Source of the DNA: an uncultured Clostridia bacterium
GTDB lineage: Bacteria; Bacillota; Clostridia; Christensenellales; Borkfalkiaceae
Assembly: GCA_947625245.1 (NCBI GenBank)
Contig: CANQNO010000003.1
Coordinates: 1,915-65,914 of the forward strand
DNA: 64,000 bases
Direction: 5' to 3'
Shown here: in pieces, positions 17,831-27,030 of the stretch
Numbering within the stretch: position 1 is the stretch's first letter
How the letters are laid out: the number at the start of each line of letters is the position of its first letter
Position numbers and translations under genes: made by a program
The notes under the pieces: model-generated
The model's database searches: none
Told to the model about the DNA's origin: nothing
The model's input: the letters and a program-made list of their open reading frames with translations, nothing else

Positions 17831-18482
17831 AATAAAAAACTTTTCAAAGAGTTACGGCAATAACGTCGTTTACGAAAATTTCAATCTGTCTTTGGAAGAG
17901 GGCAAAATAACCTGTCTTTTGGGCGCGAGCGGAAGCGGTAAAACCACCCTTTTGAACGCGTTGGCAGGCTTGACGGGTTATGGTGGCGAAATGCCGAAGC
18001 TGAAATGCTCATATATTTTCCAAAACGCGCGGCTTGTGCCCAATCTGACTGTGCGCGGAAACCTCGCGCTCGTGTGCAAGGACATGACAAAAATCGGCGA
18101 AATGCTCGAAAGAGCGGGGCTTTCGGACAAGGCTGGGCGGTATCCCGTAAGCCTTTCGGGCGGCGAAGCGCAGAGGGTAGCTATAGCCCGCGCTTTTTTG
18201 TACGAGAGCGATATCCTTCTTATGGACGAGCCTTTTTCCTCGCTCGACATAAAACTCAAATACAAAATGTTCGATTTGTTTTTCGGGTTGAGGGAAAAGG
18301 ACAAGAGGACCGTCCTTATGGTCACGCACGACGTGGACGAAGCCGTCGCCGCGGCGCAGAGGATAATTATTATTTCGGACGGCAAAATAAAATACGACTT
18401 TTCGCCCGATACGCCCGTGCCGAGAAAGGCGGAAGATTCCGCCGCTTTGCGCGAAAAGACCGTGCGATTCTTGCTGAATTGA
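17823..18482 (+). CDS. ABC transporter ATP-binding protein
   Basis: Walker A GASGSGKTT, signature LSGGEAQRV, Walker B ILLMDEPFS. The ATG overlaps the permease stop (ATGATTGA). Confidence 0.85.
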   Translation: MIEIKNFSKSYGNNVVYENFNLSLEEGKITCLLGASGSGKTTLLNALAGLTGYGGEMPKLKCSYIFQNARLVPNLTVRGNLALVCKDMTKIGEMLERAGLSDKAGRYPVSLSGGEAQRVAIARAFLYESDILLMDEPFSSLDIKLKYKMFDLFFGLREKDKRTVLMVTHDVDEAVAAAQRIIIISDGKIKYDFSPDTPVPRKAEDSAALREKTVRFLLN

Positions 18483-18493
18483 GCCGTAATCGC

Positions 18494-18522
18494 TTGACTT
18501 TGACTTTCGGTGAATTTATAAT
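18494..18522 (+). promoter_or_regulatory. consensus sigma-A promoter for mscL
   Basis: TTGACT (18494-18499), 17 nt, TATAAT (18517-18522). Confidence 0.6.
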
Positions 18523-18553
18523 ATCTGTATATTAAAACACAGAGGAGTCTGAA

Positions 18554-19147
18554 ATGAAGAAGTTTTTCGGTGAATTCAAAACTTTCATCAAACGCGGAAA
18601 CGTTATCGACCTTGCCGTCGGCGTTATCATCGGCGGCGCGTTCAGCGCGATTGTCACCGCTTTGACGAATAATATCCTTATGCCCATAATCAATTGGGTA
18701 TTGCTTGCCATAACGGGCGGAAAGGGGCTTGAAGAGATTTACACCTACCTCAACAAAGTTGAAACGGTAGACCTCGAAGGCAAAACCATTATCGATCTGG
18801 AAAGTTCCATTTATATCGATTGGGGCGCGTTCATAACGGCTATCATCAATTTCATTTTGATAGCTCTGGTAATATTCATTATAGTAAAATTGATCAACAA
18901 CATGAACGAGGGCGCCGCCGCGCGCAAGAACATGTTTGCCCCGCTCACTAAGGACGAAGTTAAAAAGCTGAGGGCGGAAGGCAAGGGCAAAGACGAAATT
19001 CTTGCAATAGCCGCAGCCCGCAAAGCCGAAGCTGACGAAGCCGCCGCAAAGGCAGAAGCGGAAGCCGCAGCCAACGCGCCCGAAACCGAACAACAGCTTT
19101 TGTGCGAAATACGCGATTTGCTTAAAGCGCAAAAAGGCGACAAATAA
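18554..19147 (+). CDS. mscL: large-conductance mechanosensitive channel with extended Ala/Glu-rich C-terminus
   Basis: FIKRGNVIDLAVGVIIGGAF signature and two TM helices. 197 aa, visibly longer than the usual MscL. Confidence 0.9.
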   Translation: MKKFFGEFKTFIKRGNVIDLAVGVIIGGAFSAIVTALTNNILMPIINWVLLAITGGKGLEEIYTYLNKVETVDLEGKTIIDLESSIYIDWGAFITAIINFILIALVIFIIVKLINNMNEGAAARKNMFAPLTKDEVKKLRAEGKGKDEILAIAAARKAEADEAAAKAEAEAAANAPETEQQLLCEIRDLLKAQKGDK

Positions 19148-19167
19148 CTAAGGCGTCAAAAATCAGT

Positions 19168-19205
19168 GCCGCCCGCAGTACTGCGGGCGGCTGAACTTTT
19201 TTTTG
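19168..19205. terminator. bidirectional intrinsic terminator (mscL / DUF1294 gene)
   Basis: GCCGCCCGCAG TA CTGCGGGCGGC stem, followed by TGAACTTTTTTTT and preceded by AAAAA. Confidence 0.75.
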
Positions 19206-19330
19206 GGGATTTGCGCGGCTGTAAAAAAATGTTTTGCCAAATTTAAAAAAACCGCTTTCAAACATTTTATTTTTATGTGCGCTTTGTGATATAATTAACT
19301 TGATAAATTTTTCGGATTTGCAAAAATTCT

Positions 19331-19630
19331 TTATAAAATAAAGAAAGTGAAGCCCGAACGGAACGCTATCACAAAAAAGTAAACGTTCAGAACTCCGAGC
19401 ACGGGCAGCAAAATCATGAGCAGCAGGTTTTTTAAGCGGTAACGCATGATAAACATGCTCAGATACAGCGCAATGGCTCCGCCGAGCAAAGCGGTCAAAA
19501 TAAGCTTTCCGTCGCCTGTCACGCGCGAACCGTTGTCGCCGTACTCGTCGCGTTGCGATTTTATAAGCAAAACGGCGTAAAAGTTTATCGCCGCTATGTA
19601 TACGCCGAAAATTATATACAGCAATACCAT
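19331..19630 (-). CDS. DUF1294-like small membrane protein
   Basis: 99 aa from the internal ATG (19630), 3 TM, with a DEYG..R.....LL..ALLGGA.G pattern. The rest of the 266-aa ORF-track frame is antisense to purE. Confidence 0.6.
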   Translation of the reverse strand: MVLLYIIFGVYIAAINFYAVLLIKSQRDEYGDNGSRVTGDGKLILTALLGGAIALYLSMFIMRYRLKNLLLMILLPVLGVLNVYFFVIAFRSGFTFFIL

Positions 19631-19643
19631 ACTCCGAGTATGG
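19627..19643. repeat. perfect 17-bp palindrome in the 45-bp divergent DUF1294/purE region
   Basis: CCATACTC C GAGTATGG. It overlaps the DUF1294 start codon and lies 33 nt before the purE ATG. Confidence 0.85.
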
Positions 19644-19675
19644 GTAAAATTCCAGCGAAAAATACGGGGGATTCT

Positions 19676-20173
19676 ATGGCAAAAGTAGCAATCATCATGG
19701 GCAGCAAGTCGGACTTTCCGGTCGTTAAGCCGGCAATAAGCATTATCAAGAGCTTCGGTGTGCAGACCGAAACGCGCGTGATCTCCGCGCACCGCACTCC
19801 CGAGGACGCGCACGAATTTTCCGTGACGGCAAGGGAAAGGGGATTTGACGTGATAATCTGCGCCGCCGGGAAAGCCGCGCATTTGGGCGGGGTAATAGCC
19901 GCCGGCACCACGTTGCCCGTAATAGGATTGCCCATAAAAACCGACATGATGGGCGGGCTTGACAGCCTTTTGTCCATCGTCCAAATGCCTTCGGGCATAC
20001 CCGTCGCAACCGTCGGGGTGAACGCGGGCGAAAACGCGGGGCTTCTCGCCTTGCAGATTTTGGGGGTAAAATATCCCGAAATCGCCGAAAAGATCAAAGA
20101 GTACAAAGAGAATATGAAAAAGAAGATCCATACGGACGACGCCGAGCTTCAGTCCGAAGCGGAGCAGCTTTAA
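19676..20173 (+). CDS. purE: phosphoribosylaminoimidazole carboxylase catalytic subunit / N5-CAIR mutase family (PurE)
   Basis: VAIIMGSKSD, SAHRTP and AGKAAHLGGVIA motifs. SD GGGGG upstream of ATG 19676. Confidence 0.9.
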   Translation: MAKVAIIMGSKSDFPVVKPAISIIKSFGVQTETRVISAHRTPEDAHEFSVTARERGFDVIICAAGKAAHLGGVIAAGTTLPVIGLPIKTDMMGGLDSLLSIVQMPSGIPVATVGVNAGENAGLLALQILGVKYPEIAEKIKEYKENMKKKIHTDDAELQSEAEQL

Positions 20174-20253
20174 CTTTTACCCGCGTGGTTCCGCGGGTTT
20201 ATAACATGTAAAAAACCGTTTGACGGCATGATATTAATTTAAGGAGTAAACTT

Positions 20254-20973
20254 ATGCAGAAAAAGGAACAGCTTTACGAAGGCAAGGCAAAAAAAGTTTA
20301 TGCGACGGACAACCCCGATTACGTCATTGTCTCTTACAAGGACGACGCTACGGCGTTCAACGGGCTTAAAAAGGGCACAATTTCGGGCAAAGGCGTTATA
20401 AACAACAAGATGAGCAACATGATGATGTCGATGCTCGAAAAGAAGGGAATACCCACCCACCTTGTCGAACAGATCGACGACAGAAACACCGTTGTCAAAA
20501 AGGTGCAGATAGTTCCTTTGGAAGTGATTATAAGGAACGTTGCCGCGGGCAGTTTTTCAAAGCGTTACGGCGTCCCCGAGGGAACTAAGCTCGCCGCGCC
20601 CACTATAGAATTTTCCTATAAAAACGACGATTTGGGCGACCCGCTCATAAACAGCTATCACGCGCTCGCGCTCAATCTTGCCACGGCGGAAGAAATCGAA
20701 ACCATAAAAAAGATGGCTTTTGCCGTGAACGACGCGTTAAAGGCGTTTTTCAAAGAACTTAAAATCGACCTTATAGATTTCAAACTCGAGTTCGGCAGAT
20801 TTAAAGGCAAGATAGTGCTTGCCGACGAAATCTCGCCCGACACCTGCCGTTTTTGGGAGGCGGGTACGTGGGATACCACAAAGCACGTAAGCCTCGACAA
20901 GGACAGGTTCCGCCGCGATCTCGGCGGGGTAGAGGACGCTTACGCCGAAATTTTTAAGAGAATTGGCGGCTAA
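20254..20973 (+). CDS. purC: phosphoribosylaminoimidazole-succinocarboxamide synthase
   Basis: LYEGKAKKVY...DDATAFNG.K...GKG and LADEISPDTCRFW motifs. SD AAGGAG. Confidence 0.95.
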   Translation: MQKKEQLYEGKAKKVYATDNPDYVIVSYKDDATAFNGLKKGTISGKGVINNKMSNMMMSMLEKKGIPTHLVEQIDDRNTVVKKVQIVPLEVIIRNVAAGSFSKRYGVPEGTKLAAPTIEFSYKNDDLGDPLINSYHALALNLATAEEIETIKKMAFAVNDALKAFFKELKIDLIDFKLEFGRFKGKIVLADEISPDTCRFWEAGTWDTTKHVSLDKDRFRRDLGGVEDAYAEIFKRIGG

Positions 20974-21000
20974 ATAAAAATTTTTTTCGCGGTACGAACT

Positions 21001-22428
21001 ATGTATTCAAGAAGCAAAAAACTCCCGTTTGACAGCATGCACGAAGAGTGCGGGGTGTTCGGCGTTTACTCGCAGGAAAACAGAAAGGTTGCGCACACGG
21101 TGTATTACGGACTGTACGCCCTGCAACACAGGGGGCAGGAGAGCGCCGGCATAGCCGTTTCCTTCGCCGATAAAATTTCATATTACAAGGGCATGGGATT
21201 GGCGTCCGAAGTGTTCGCAAACGGCTTATTGGACGAGCTGCCCGAAGGGGATATAGCCATAGGTCACGTGCGCTATTCCACAACCGGCGCTAGCCAGCTG
21301 TTAAACGCACAGCCCGTGGTTTTTGTGGGCAAATGCGGCAAAATGGCGGTTGCGCACAACGGAAATCTTATTAACACCAAAGAACTCCGCGACGAAATGT
21401 TGCAGCAGAACGCCGTTTTCCAGACCACGATAGACTCCGAAGTCATAGCGATTATGATAAACAGCCTTTCGGACGGCGACATAGTTACGGGCGTAAAGCG
21501 CGCCTGCGCGAAGATGAAGGGTTCGTACGCGCTTGTGGTTATGACGTGCGACAAACTCATAGCCGTGCGCGACCCTTACGGCATACGCCCTTTGAGCATA
21601 GGCACGACCGAAAGCGACGTCGTCGTCGCAAGCGAGACGTGCGCGCTCGACGCTGTTAGCGCGGATTTTTTGCGCGACGTAAGACCGGGCGAAATAGTTG
21701 TTATAGATTCTTCGGGCATACGCTCCGAATTTATGGACAATATCCCCGAACGGGCTAAGATGTGTATTTTCGAATACGTCTATTTTGCCCGTCACGACTC
21801 TGTGCTCGAAGGTTACAGCGTTTACGACGCGAGGAAAGAGGCGGGCAAACTGCTTGCAAAGTACTATCCCGTCGACGCCGACCTCGTATCGGGCGTACCG
21901 GATTCGGCAAACGTCGCCGCCCGCGGCTATGCGGAAGAGAGCGGCATACCTTTCGTAGAAGCGCTCGCCAAAAACAGATACGTCGGCAGAACGTTCATCC
22001 AGCCCGACCAGCGCCAGCGCGAAAACAGCCTGAACGTAAAAATGAACGCGCTCAGGGCAAACATACGCGACAAGCGGGTGATAATCATAGACGACTCCAT
22101 TGTCCGCGGCACGACCATGCGCAAAATAATTAAAATGCTCAGGAACGCCGGCGCGAAAGAAGTGCATATAAGGATATGCTCGCCCATAATAAAGCACCCG
22201 TGCCATCTGGGCATAGATATACAGACCTATTCGCAGCTGATAGGCGCGTACAAAAACGAGGAGCAGATTCGCCAGAGTTTGGGTGCGGACAGCATACACT
22301 ATTTGTCCGTCGACCAGCTTTTAAGCACCTGCGACGGCGCGCATACGGGTTTTTGCCTCGGTTGTTTCAACGGGGAATATCCGTATCCGCTCGAAGAATA
22401 CGAAACCGACAAACATAAATTAGAATAA
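21001..22428 (+). CDS. purF: amidophosphoribosyltransferase
   Basis: N-terminal nucleophile context EECGVFGV, PRTase loop VIIIDDSIVRGTT, and a C-terminal Cys cluster. Confidence 0.95.
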   Translation: MYSRSKKLPFDSMHEECGVFGVYSQENRKVAHTVYYGLYALQHRGQESAGIAVSFADKISYYKGMGLASEVFANGLLDELPEGDIAIGHVRYSTTGASQLLNAQPVVFVGKCGKMAVAHNGNLINTKELRDEMLQQNAVFQTTIDSEVIAIMINSLSDGDIVTGVKRACAKMKGSYALVVMTCDKLIAVRDPYGIRPLSIGTTESDVVVASETCALDAVSADFLRDVRPGEIVVIDSSGIRSEFMDNIPERAKMCIFEYVYFARHDSVLEGYSVYDARKEAGKLLAKYYPVDADLVSGVPDSANVAARGYAEESGIPFVEALAKNRYVGRTFIQPDQRQRENSLNVKMNALRANIRDKRVIIIDDSIVRGTTMRKIIKMLRNAGAKEVHIRICSPIIKHPCHLGIDIQTYSQLIGAYKNEEQIRQSLGADSIHYLSVDQLLSTCDGAHTGFCLGCFNGEYPYPLEEYETDKHKLE

Positions 22429-22443
22429 TCACGGAGGAATAAA

Positions 22444-23463
22444 ATGGCAATCTCATACAAGGACAGCGGCGTTGACGTCGAGAGAGGATACGAAGCCGTA
22501 AGGCTCATGAAAGACCACGTAAAATCCACCTATACCGAAGGGGTTTTGGGCGACTTAGGCTCGTTCGGCGGATTTTTCAAAATGCCCAAAGGCATGAAGG
22601 AGCCCGTTCTCGTGGCAGGCACGGACGGCGTCGGCACAAAGCTTAAATACGCCATAATTTCCGGCAAATACGACACGATAGGCATCGACGCAGTCGCAAT
22701 GTGCGTCAACGACATAGTTTGTCAGGGCGCAAAGCCGCTTTTCTTTCTCGACTATTTTGCGTCGGGCAGCCTCGACCCCCGCAAGGTTGCGGACGTAGTT
22801 TCGGGCGTGGCTGAAGGGTGCAGGCAGTGCGGCGCGGCTCTCATCGGCGGCGAAACAGCCGAAATGCCCGGCTTTTATCCCGGCGGCGACTTCGACGTCG
22901 CGGGCTTTGCGGTCGGCGCGGTTGACAGAAAAAATATCATAAACGGCGCTAAAATCAAGTCCGGCGACGTGCTTATAGGCATTAAGTCGAGCGGCATACA
23001 CTCCAACGGATATTCGCTCGTCAGAAAACTTTGGGGAGAGGACGTTGAAGAACTCAAAAAATACGACGCCGATTTGGGCGCGGTTCCTCTCGACGTGTTG
23101 CTTACCCCCACAAAGATATATGTGAACAGTATTCTCGCCCTGATAGAAAAGGTAAAAGTAAAGGGCATAGCGCACATAACTGGCGGCGGGTTTATCGAAA
23201 ACATACCCCGCATTTTCCCCGAGGGAATAGGTTGCAGCATAGACACTAAGTCTTACGAAGTGCCCCGCATATTTCAGCTTATGGTAAAAAAAGCCAAACT
23301 TTCCAAACAACAGGCGTACAATACGTTCAATATGGGCATAGGCATGGTTGTCTGCGTAGCCAAAAAGGACGTTGAAGCGGCGATCGCCCAACTTGAAAGC
23401 ACGGGCGAAGAGTGCGTTATCCTCGGCAAGACCGTAAAGGGCGGCGGAGTAAGGCTTAAATGA
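22444..23463 (+). CDS. purM: phosphoribosylformylglycinamidine cyclo-ligase
   Basis: YKDSGVDV, GTDGVGTK, LDYFA and ITGGG motifs. Confidence 0.95.
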   Translation: MAISYKDSGVDVERGYEAVRLMKDHVKSTYTEGVLGDLGSFGGFFKMPKGMKEPVLVAGTDGVGTKLKYAIISGKYDTIGIDAVAMCVNDIVCQGAKPLFFLDYFASGSLDPRKVADVVSGVAEGCRQCGAALIGGETAEMPGFYPGGDFDVAGFAVGAVDRKNIINGAKIKSGDVLIGIKSSGIHSNGYSLVRKLWGEDVEELKKYDADLGAVPLDVLLTPTKIYVNSILALIEKVKVKGIAHITGGGFIENIPRIFPEGIGCSIDTKSYEVPRIFQLMVKKAKLSKQQAYNTFNMGIGMVVCVAKKDVEAAIAQLESTGEECVILGKTVKGGGVRLK

Positions 23464-24077
23464 AAAAAATAGCCGTATTCGCTTCGGGCGGCGGCACGGA
23501 TTTCCAGTCCGTTATAGACGCCAACGAGAGCGAAAAGTTTTGCGAAATATCTCTTTTGGTTGCCTCCGCGGCGGGGATAGGCGCGCTCGAAAAAGCAAAA
23601 AAGCACGGTATCGAAACAGCAGTATTCGCAAACAGCGACTACCCGTCGCCGTCCGCGCTGTACGGGGAGCTTTCCGCGCTTTTGACGGCAAAAAAAATAG
23701 ACTATATAGTGCTTGCGGGCTGGCTTAAAATAATTCCGGCAAATTTTATAAAAGAATTCAAAGACAGAATAATCAATATCCACCCGTCGCTCATACCCGC
23801 ATTTTGCGGCGCGGGCTTTTACGGTCTTAAAGTGCATGCCGCCGTTTTGGAATACGGCGCAAAGGTTTCGGGCTGTACGGTGCATTTCGTGGATGAAGTG
23901 CCCGATGGCGGCGCGATAATCGCACAGACTGCTGTAAATGTGGAAGACGGCGATTCGCCCGAAAGCTTGCAGGCGAGGATTTTGGAAGAAGAACATAAAC
24001 TTTTGCCCTATTGCGTAAAAAAACTTTGCGAAGGCAAAATAGAAAAACGCGGCAGGACTGTAATTGTAAAAGATTGA
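23460..24077 (+). CDS. purN: phosphoribosylglycinamide formyltransferase
   Basis: IAVFASGGGTDFQ, INIHPSLIP and GCTVHFVDE..DGG motifs. 4-nt overlap with purM. Confidence 0.9.
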   Translation: MKKIAVFASGGGTDFQSVIDANESEKFCEISLLVASAAGIGALEKAKKHGIETAVFANSDYPSPSALYGELSALLTAKKIDYIVLAGWLKIIPANFIKEFKDRIINIHPSLIPAFCGAGFYGLKVHAAVLEYGAKVSGCTVHFVDEVPDGGAIIAQTAVNVEDGDSPESLQARILEEEHKLLPYCVKKLCEGKIEKRGRTVIVKD

Positions 24078-24095
24078 ATCAGTGAGGTGCACAGG

Positions 24096-25715
24096 ATGGT
24101 TATGAAAAAACGCGCGCTCGTCAGCGTTTCCGACAAGACGGGTATAGCCGAATTTTGCAAGGGGCTTGCCGACTGCGGGTACGAAATTATCTCCACGGGC
24201 GGCACGGCAAAAGCGTTAAAGGACGCCGGGCTTAAAGTTATAGGCATTTCCGAACTCACGGGTTTTCCCGAATGTCTCGACGGCAGGGTAAAAACCCTTC
24301 ATCCCGCCGTGCATGCGGGGCTTCTCGCCATGCGCTCCAACCCCGAACACATGGCGCAGCTCGAAAAACTGGGAATTAACACAATCGACGTGGTATGCGT
24401 CAATTTATATCCTTTTAAGGCAACGCTTCAAAAAGGCGCAGACTTTGCCGAATGTGTGGAAAATATAGATATCGGCGGTCCCACAATGATAAGGGCTGCG
24501 GCAAAAAACTATCAGGACGTAACCGTGATAGTCGACCCGCGCGATTACAAAAAGGTTTTGGCAGAGCTTAAAGAGGGCGGCGTATCGCTTGAAACAAAAA
24601 AATATCTCCAATACAAAGTTTTTGCGCATACAGCCGTATACGACAGCCTTATTTCCAATTATCTCGCATCACAACTCGGCATAACGTTCCCCGACGAGGT
24701 AACGTTCGCCTATGAAAAGGCGCAGGATCTGCGTTACGGCGAAAACCCGCAGCAAAATGCTGTGTTTTACAGGGAAGAATTTCCGCGCGAAGGCTCGGTT
24801 GCATGCGCCGAACAGCTTTGGGGTAAGGAACTTTCTTACAACAACATAAACGACGCCAACGGCGCGCTCGAACTTCTTAAAGAATTCGGCGACACACCCG
24901 CGGTGGTTGCCTGCAAACATGCAAACCCCTGCGGCGTCGGCACGGGCAAGACCGTTTGCGAGGCATATCTGCGCGCCTATAATTCCGACCCCGTTTCCGT
25001 ATTCGGCGGAATTCTCGCCGTAAACGGCACGGTGGACAAGGATACGGCTGCAGAGATAAATAAAATTTTCATAGAGATAGTAATGGCGCCCGCTTTCACA
25101 AAGGAAGCGCTCGAAATTCTACAAAGCAAAAAGAATATACGGCTTCTTAAAATAAAAAATATCGCCGCCCGCCGCGACAAATCGGCATACGATATGAAAA
25201 AGGTGTACGGCGGACTTCTCGTCCAGCAGTACGACGAAAGCCTTTTGCGCGGCGAGGATATGGAACTGTTTAAAAGGAAAGCCGAAACCGAAGAGACGGT
25301 TGCCCCGTCGGGTAAAAAGCGCAAGACTTACGGTTTGGGGGTAGTCACCGACCGCGCGCCTACGGCAGAGGAAATCGAGGCTTTGCTCTTCGGCTGGAAA
25401 GTCGTAAAGCACACCAAATCAAATGCGATAGTCATCTGCAAGCAGGGCAGAACCACGGGCATAGGGATGGGTCAGACCAACCGCATCTGGGCGGCGCAGC
25501 AGGCAATTGCGCATGCGGGCGCGGAAGCAAAGGGTTCGGTTATGGCGTCGGACGCTTTTTTCCCTTTCCCCGACTGTGTGGAAGAGTGCAAAAAGGCGGG
25601 CATAACGGCTATAATCCAGCCGGGCGGCTCTATTCAGGACGAAGCTTCGGTAGAGGCTTGCAACGAGGCGGGCATCGCCATGGTATTTGTCGGCGACAGA
25701 CATTTCAAGCATTAA
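24096..25715 (+). CDS. purH: bifunctional AICAR transformylase / IMP cyclohydrolase
   Basis: [25 protein letters not shown] and QPGGSIQD motifs. The start could be 24087, 24096 or 24102. Confidence 0.95.
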   Translation: MVMKKRALVSVSDKTGIAEFCKGLADCGYEIISTGGTAKALKDAGLKVIGISELTGFPECLDGRVKTLHPAVHAGLLAMRSNPEHMAQLEKLGINTIDVVCVNLYPFKATLQKGADFAECVENIDIGGPTMIRAAAKNYQDVTVIVDPRDYKKVLAELKEGGVSLETKKYLQYKVFAHTAVYDSLISNYLASQLGITFPDEVTFAYEKAQDLRYGENPQQNAVFYREEFPREGSVACAEQLWGKELSYNNINDANGALELLKEFGDTPAVVACKHANPCGVGTGKTVCEAYLRAYNSDPVSVFGGILAVNGTVDKDTAAEINKIFIEIVMAPAFTKEALEILQSKKNIRLLKIKNIAARRDKSAYDMKKVYGGLLVQQYDESLLRGEDMELFKRKAETEETVAPSGKKRKTYGLGVVTDRAPTAEEIEALLFGWKVVKHTKSNAIVICKQGRTTGIGMGQTNRIWAAQQAIAHAGAEAKGSVMASDAFFPFPDCVEECKKAGITAIIQPGGSIQDEASVEACNEAGIAMVFVGDRHFKH

Positions 25716-25746
25716 AAATTCCGGGCATAAGCCCGCAGGGAAAAAT

Positions 25747-27027
25747 ATGAACGTACTTGTAATAGGCAACGGCGGCAGGGAACACGCAATATTGACGGCG
25801 CTTAAAAAGAGCCCCAAAGTCGATAAATTGTATTGTATGAAAGGCAACGCGGGCACCGCGCAAATCGCCGAAAACGTGAACGTGGACTATATGGACGCGG
25901 AAGCGGTAAAGGCATTTGCTTTTGCCCATCCCGAAATAGACTATTATGTCGTTACTCCCGACGACCCTCTCGCCGTAGGCATTGTGGACGCGCTCGAAAG
26001 TATAGGCAAGCGCTGTTTCGGACCCAATAAGCGCGCCGCGATAATCGAATCGAGCAAGGCTTATGCCAAAAGCCTTATGAAAAAATACAATATTCCCACG
26101 GCGGAGTACGAAATTTTCGACGACTACGAACAGGCGCTCGGGTATGTGCGCAAAAAGGGCGCGCCCATAGTTTTAAAGGCTGACGGGCTGGCTCTCGGCA
26201 AGGGCGTACTTGTCTGCGAAACGCTTAAACGCGCCGAAGAGGGCTTAAAGGAAATAATGCTCGACAAATCTTTCGGTTCCGCCGGCAACGTCGTTGTCAT
26301 AGAAGAGTGCATGAAAGGGCTTAAATACGCCCCCGGCGAGGAGGTTTCCGTTCTTGCGTTCACCGACGGCAAGACGATTGTTCCCATGATAACGGCATGC
26401 GACCACAAGCGCGCTCTCGACGGCGACAAGGGTTTGAATACGGGCGGCATGGGTGCGTTTTCGCCCTGTCCTTTCTGGACGGAAGAGCTGGAGCGCGAGG
26501 TTATGCAAAAAATCATGGTTCCCACAATGAACGCGCTGAACGCCGAGGGCAGAACATTTAAAGGCTGTCTCTATTTCGGGCTGATGCGCACGGATAAGGG
26601 AATGAGAGTTGTGGAATACAATTCGCGCTTCGGCGACCCCGAAACGCAGGCTGTTTTGCCAATGCTTAAAACCGATTTGATGGAAATTTTTGAAGCCGTA
26701 ACCGACGGAAGGCTTTCGGATATAAAGATAGAGTGGGAAAGCGGCGCATGCGTATGCGTTGTGCTTGCAAGCGGCGGTTATCCTCTAAGTTACGCTAAGG
26801 GCAAGGAAATTACCATAGGCGACATAGGCGACTGTACGCTTTACCATGCGGGAACGGCTGTAAAAGACGGTAAGCTCGTCACCAACGGCGGCAGGGTCAT
26901 CGGCGTTTCCGCACGGGCGGAAACTCTGGAAGAAGCCCGCAAAAAGGCGTACGCGGCGGCGGAAAACATAAAATGGGAAAATATCGCTTACCGCAAGGAC
27001 ATAGGCTTAAAGTATCGTGAAGGTTGA
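25747..27027 (+). CDS. purD: phosphoribosylamine--glycine ligase
   Basis: MNVLVIGNGGREHA and ATP-grasp EYNSRFGDPETQ motifs. Confidence 0.95.
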   Translation: MNVLVIGNGGREHAILTALKKSPKVDKLYCMKGNAGTAQIAENVNVDYMDAEAVKAFAFAHPEIDYYVVTPDDPLAVGIVDALESIGKRCFGPNKRAAIIESSKAYAKSLMKKYNIPTAEYEIFDDYEQALGYVRKKGAPIVLKADGLALGKGVLVCETLKRAEEGLKEIMLDKSFGSAGNVVVIEECMKGLKYAPGEEVSVLAFTDGKTIVPMITACDHKRALDGDKGLNTGGMGAFSPCPFWTEELEREVMQKIMVPTMNALNAEGRTFKGCLYFGLMRTDKGMRVVEYNSRFGDPETQAVLPMLKTDLMEIFEAVTDGRLSDIKIEWESGACVCVVLASGGYPLSYAKGKEITIGDIGDCTLYHAGTAVKDGKLVTNGGRVIGVSARAETLEEARKKAYAAAENIKWENIAYRKDIGLKYREG

Positions 27028-27030
27028 AAG

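Noticed and set aside
19148-19675. Purine (guanine/adenine) riboswitch or PurBox upstream of purE.
   Set aside because: No sequence resembles the conserved riboswitch core. The region is filled by a terminator and the DUF1294 gene.
19631-20131. The full 266-aa - strand ORF 19331-20131.
   Set aside because: The upstream two-thirds is antisense to purE and is Arg/His/Gly-rich. Only the C-terminal 99 aa (three TM helices, DUF1294-like) is credible.
20179-20198. Hairpin ACCCGCG/CGCGGGT between purE and purC as an internal terminator.
   Set aside because: The stem is 7 bp and is followed only by TTAT. It is more likely a processing or stability element or simply fortuitous, so no terminator was called.
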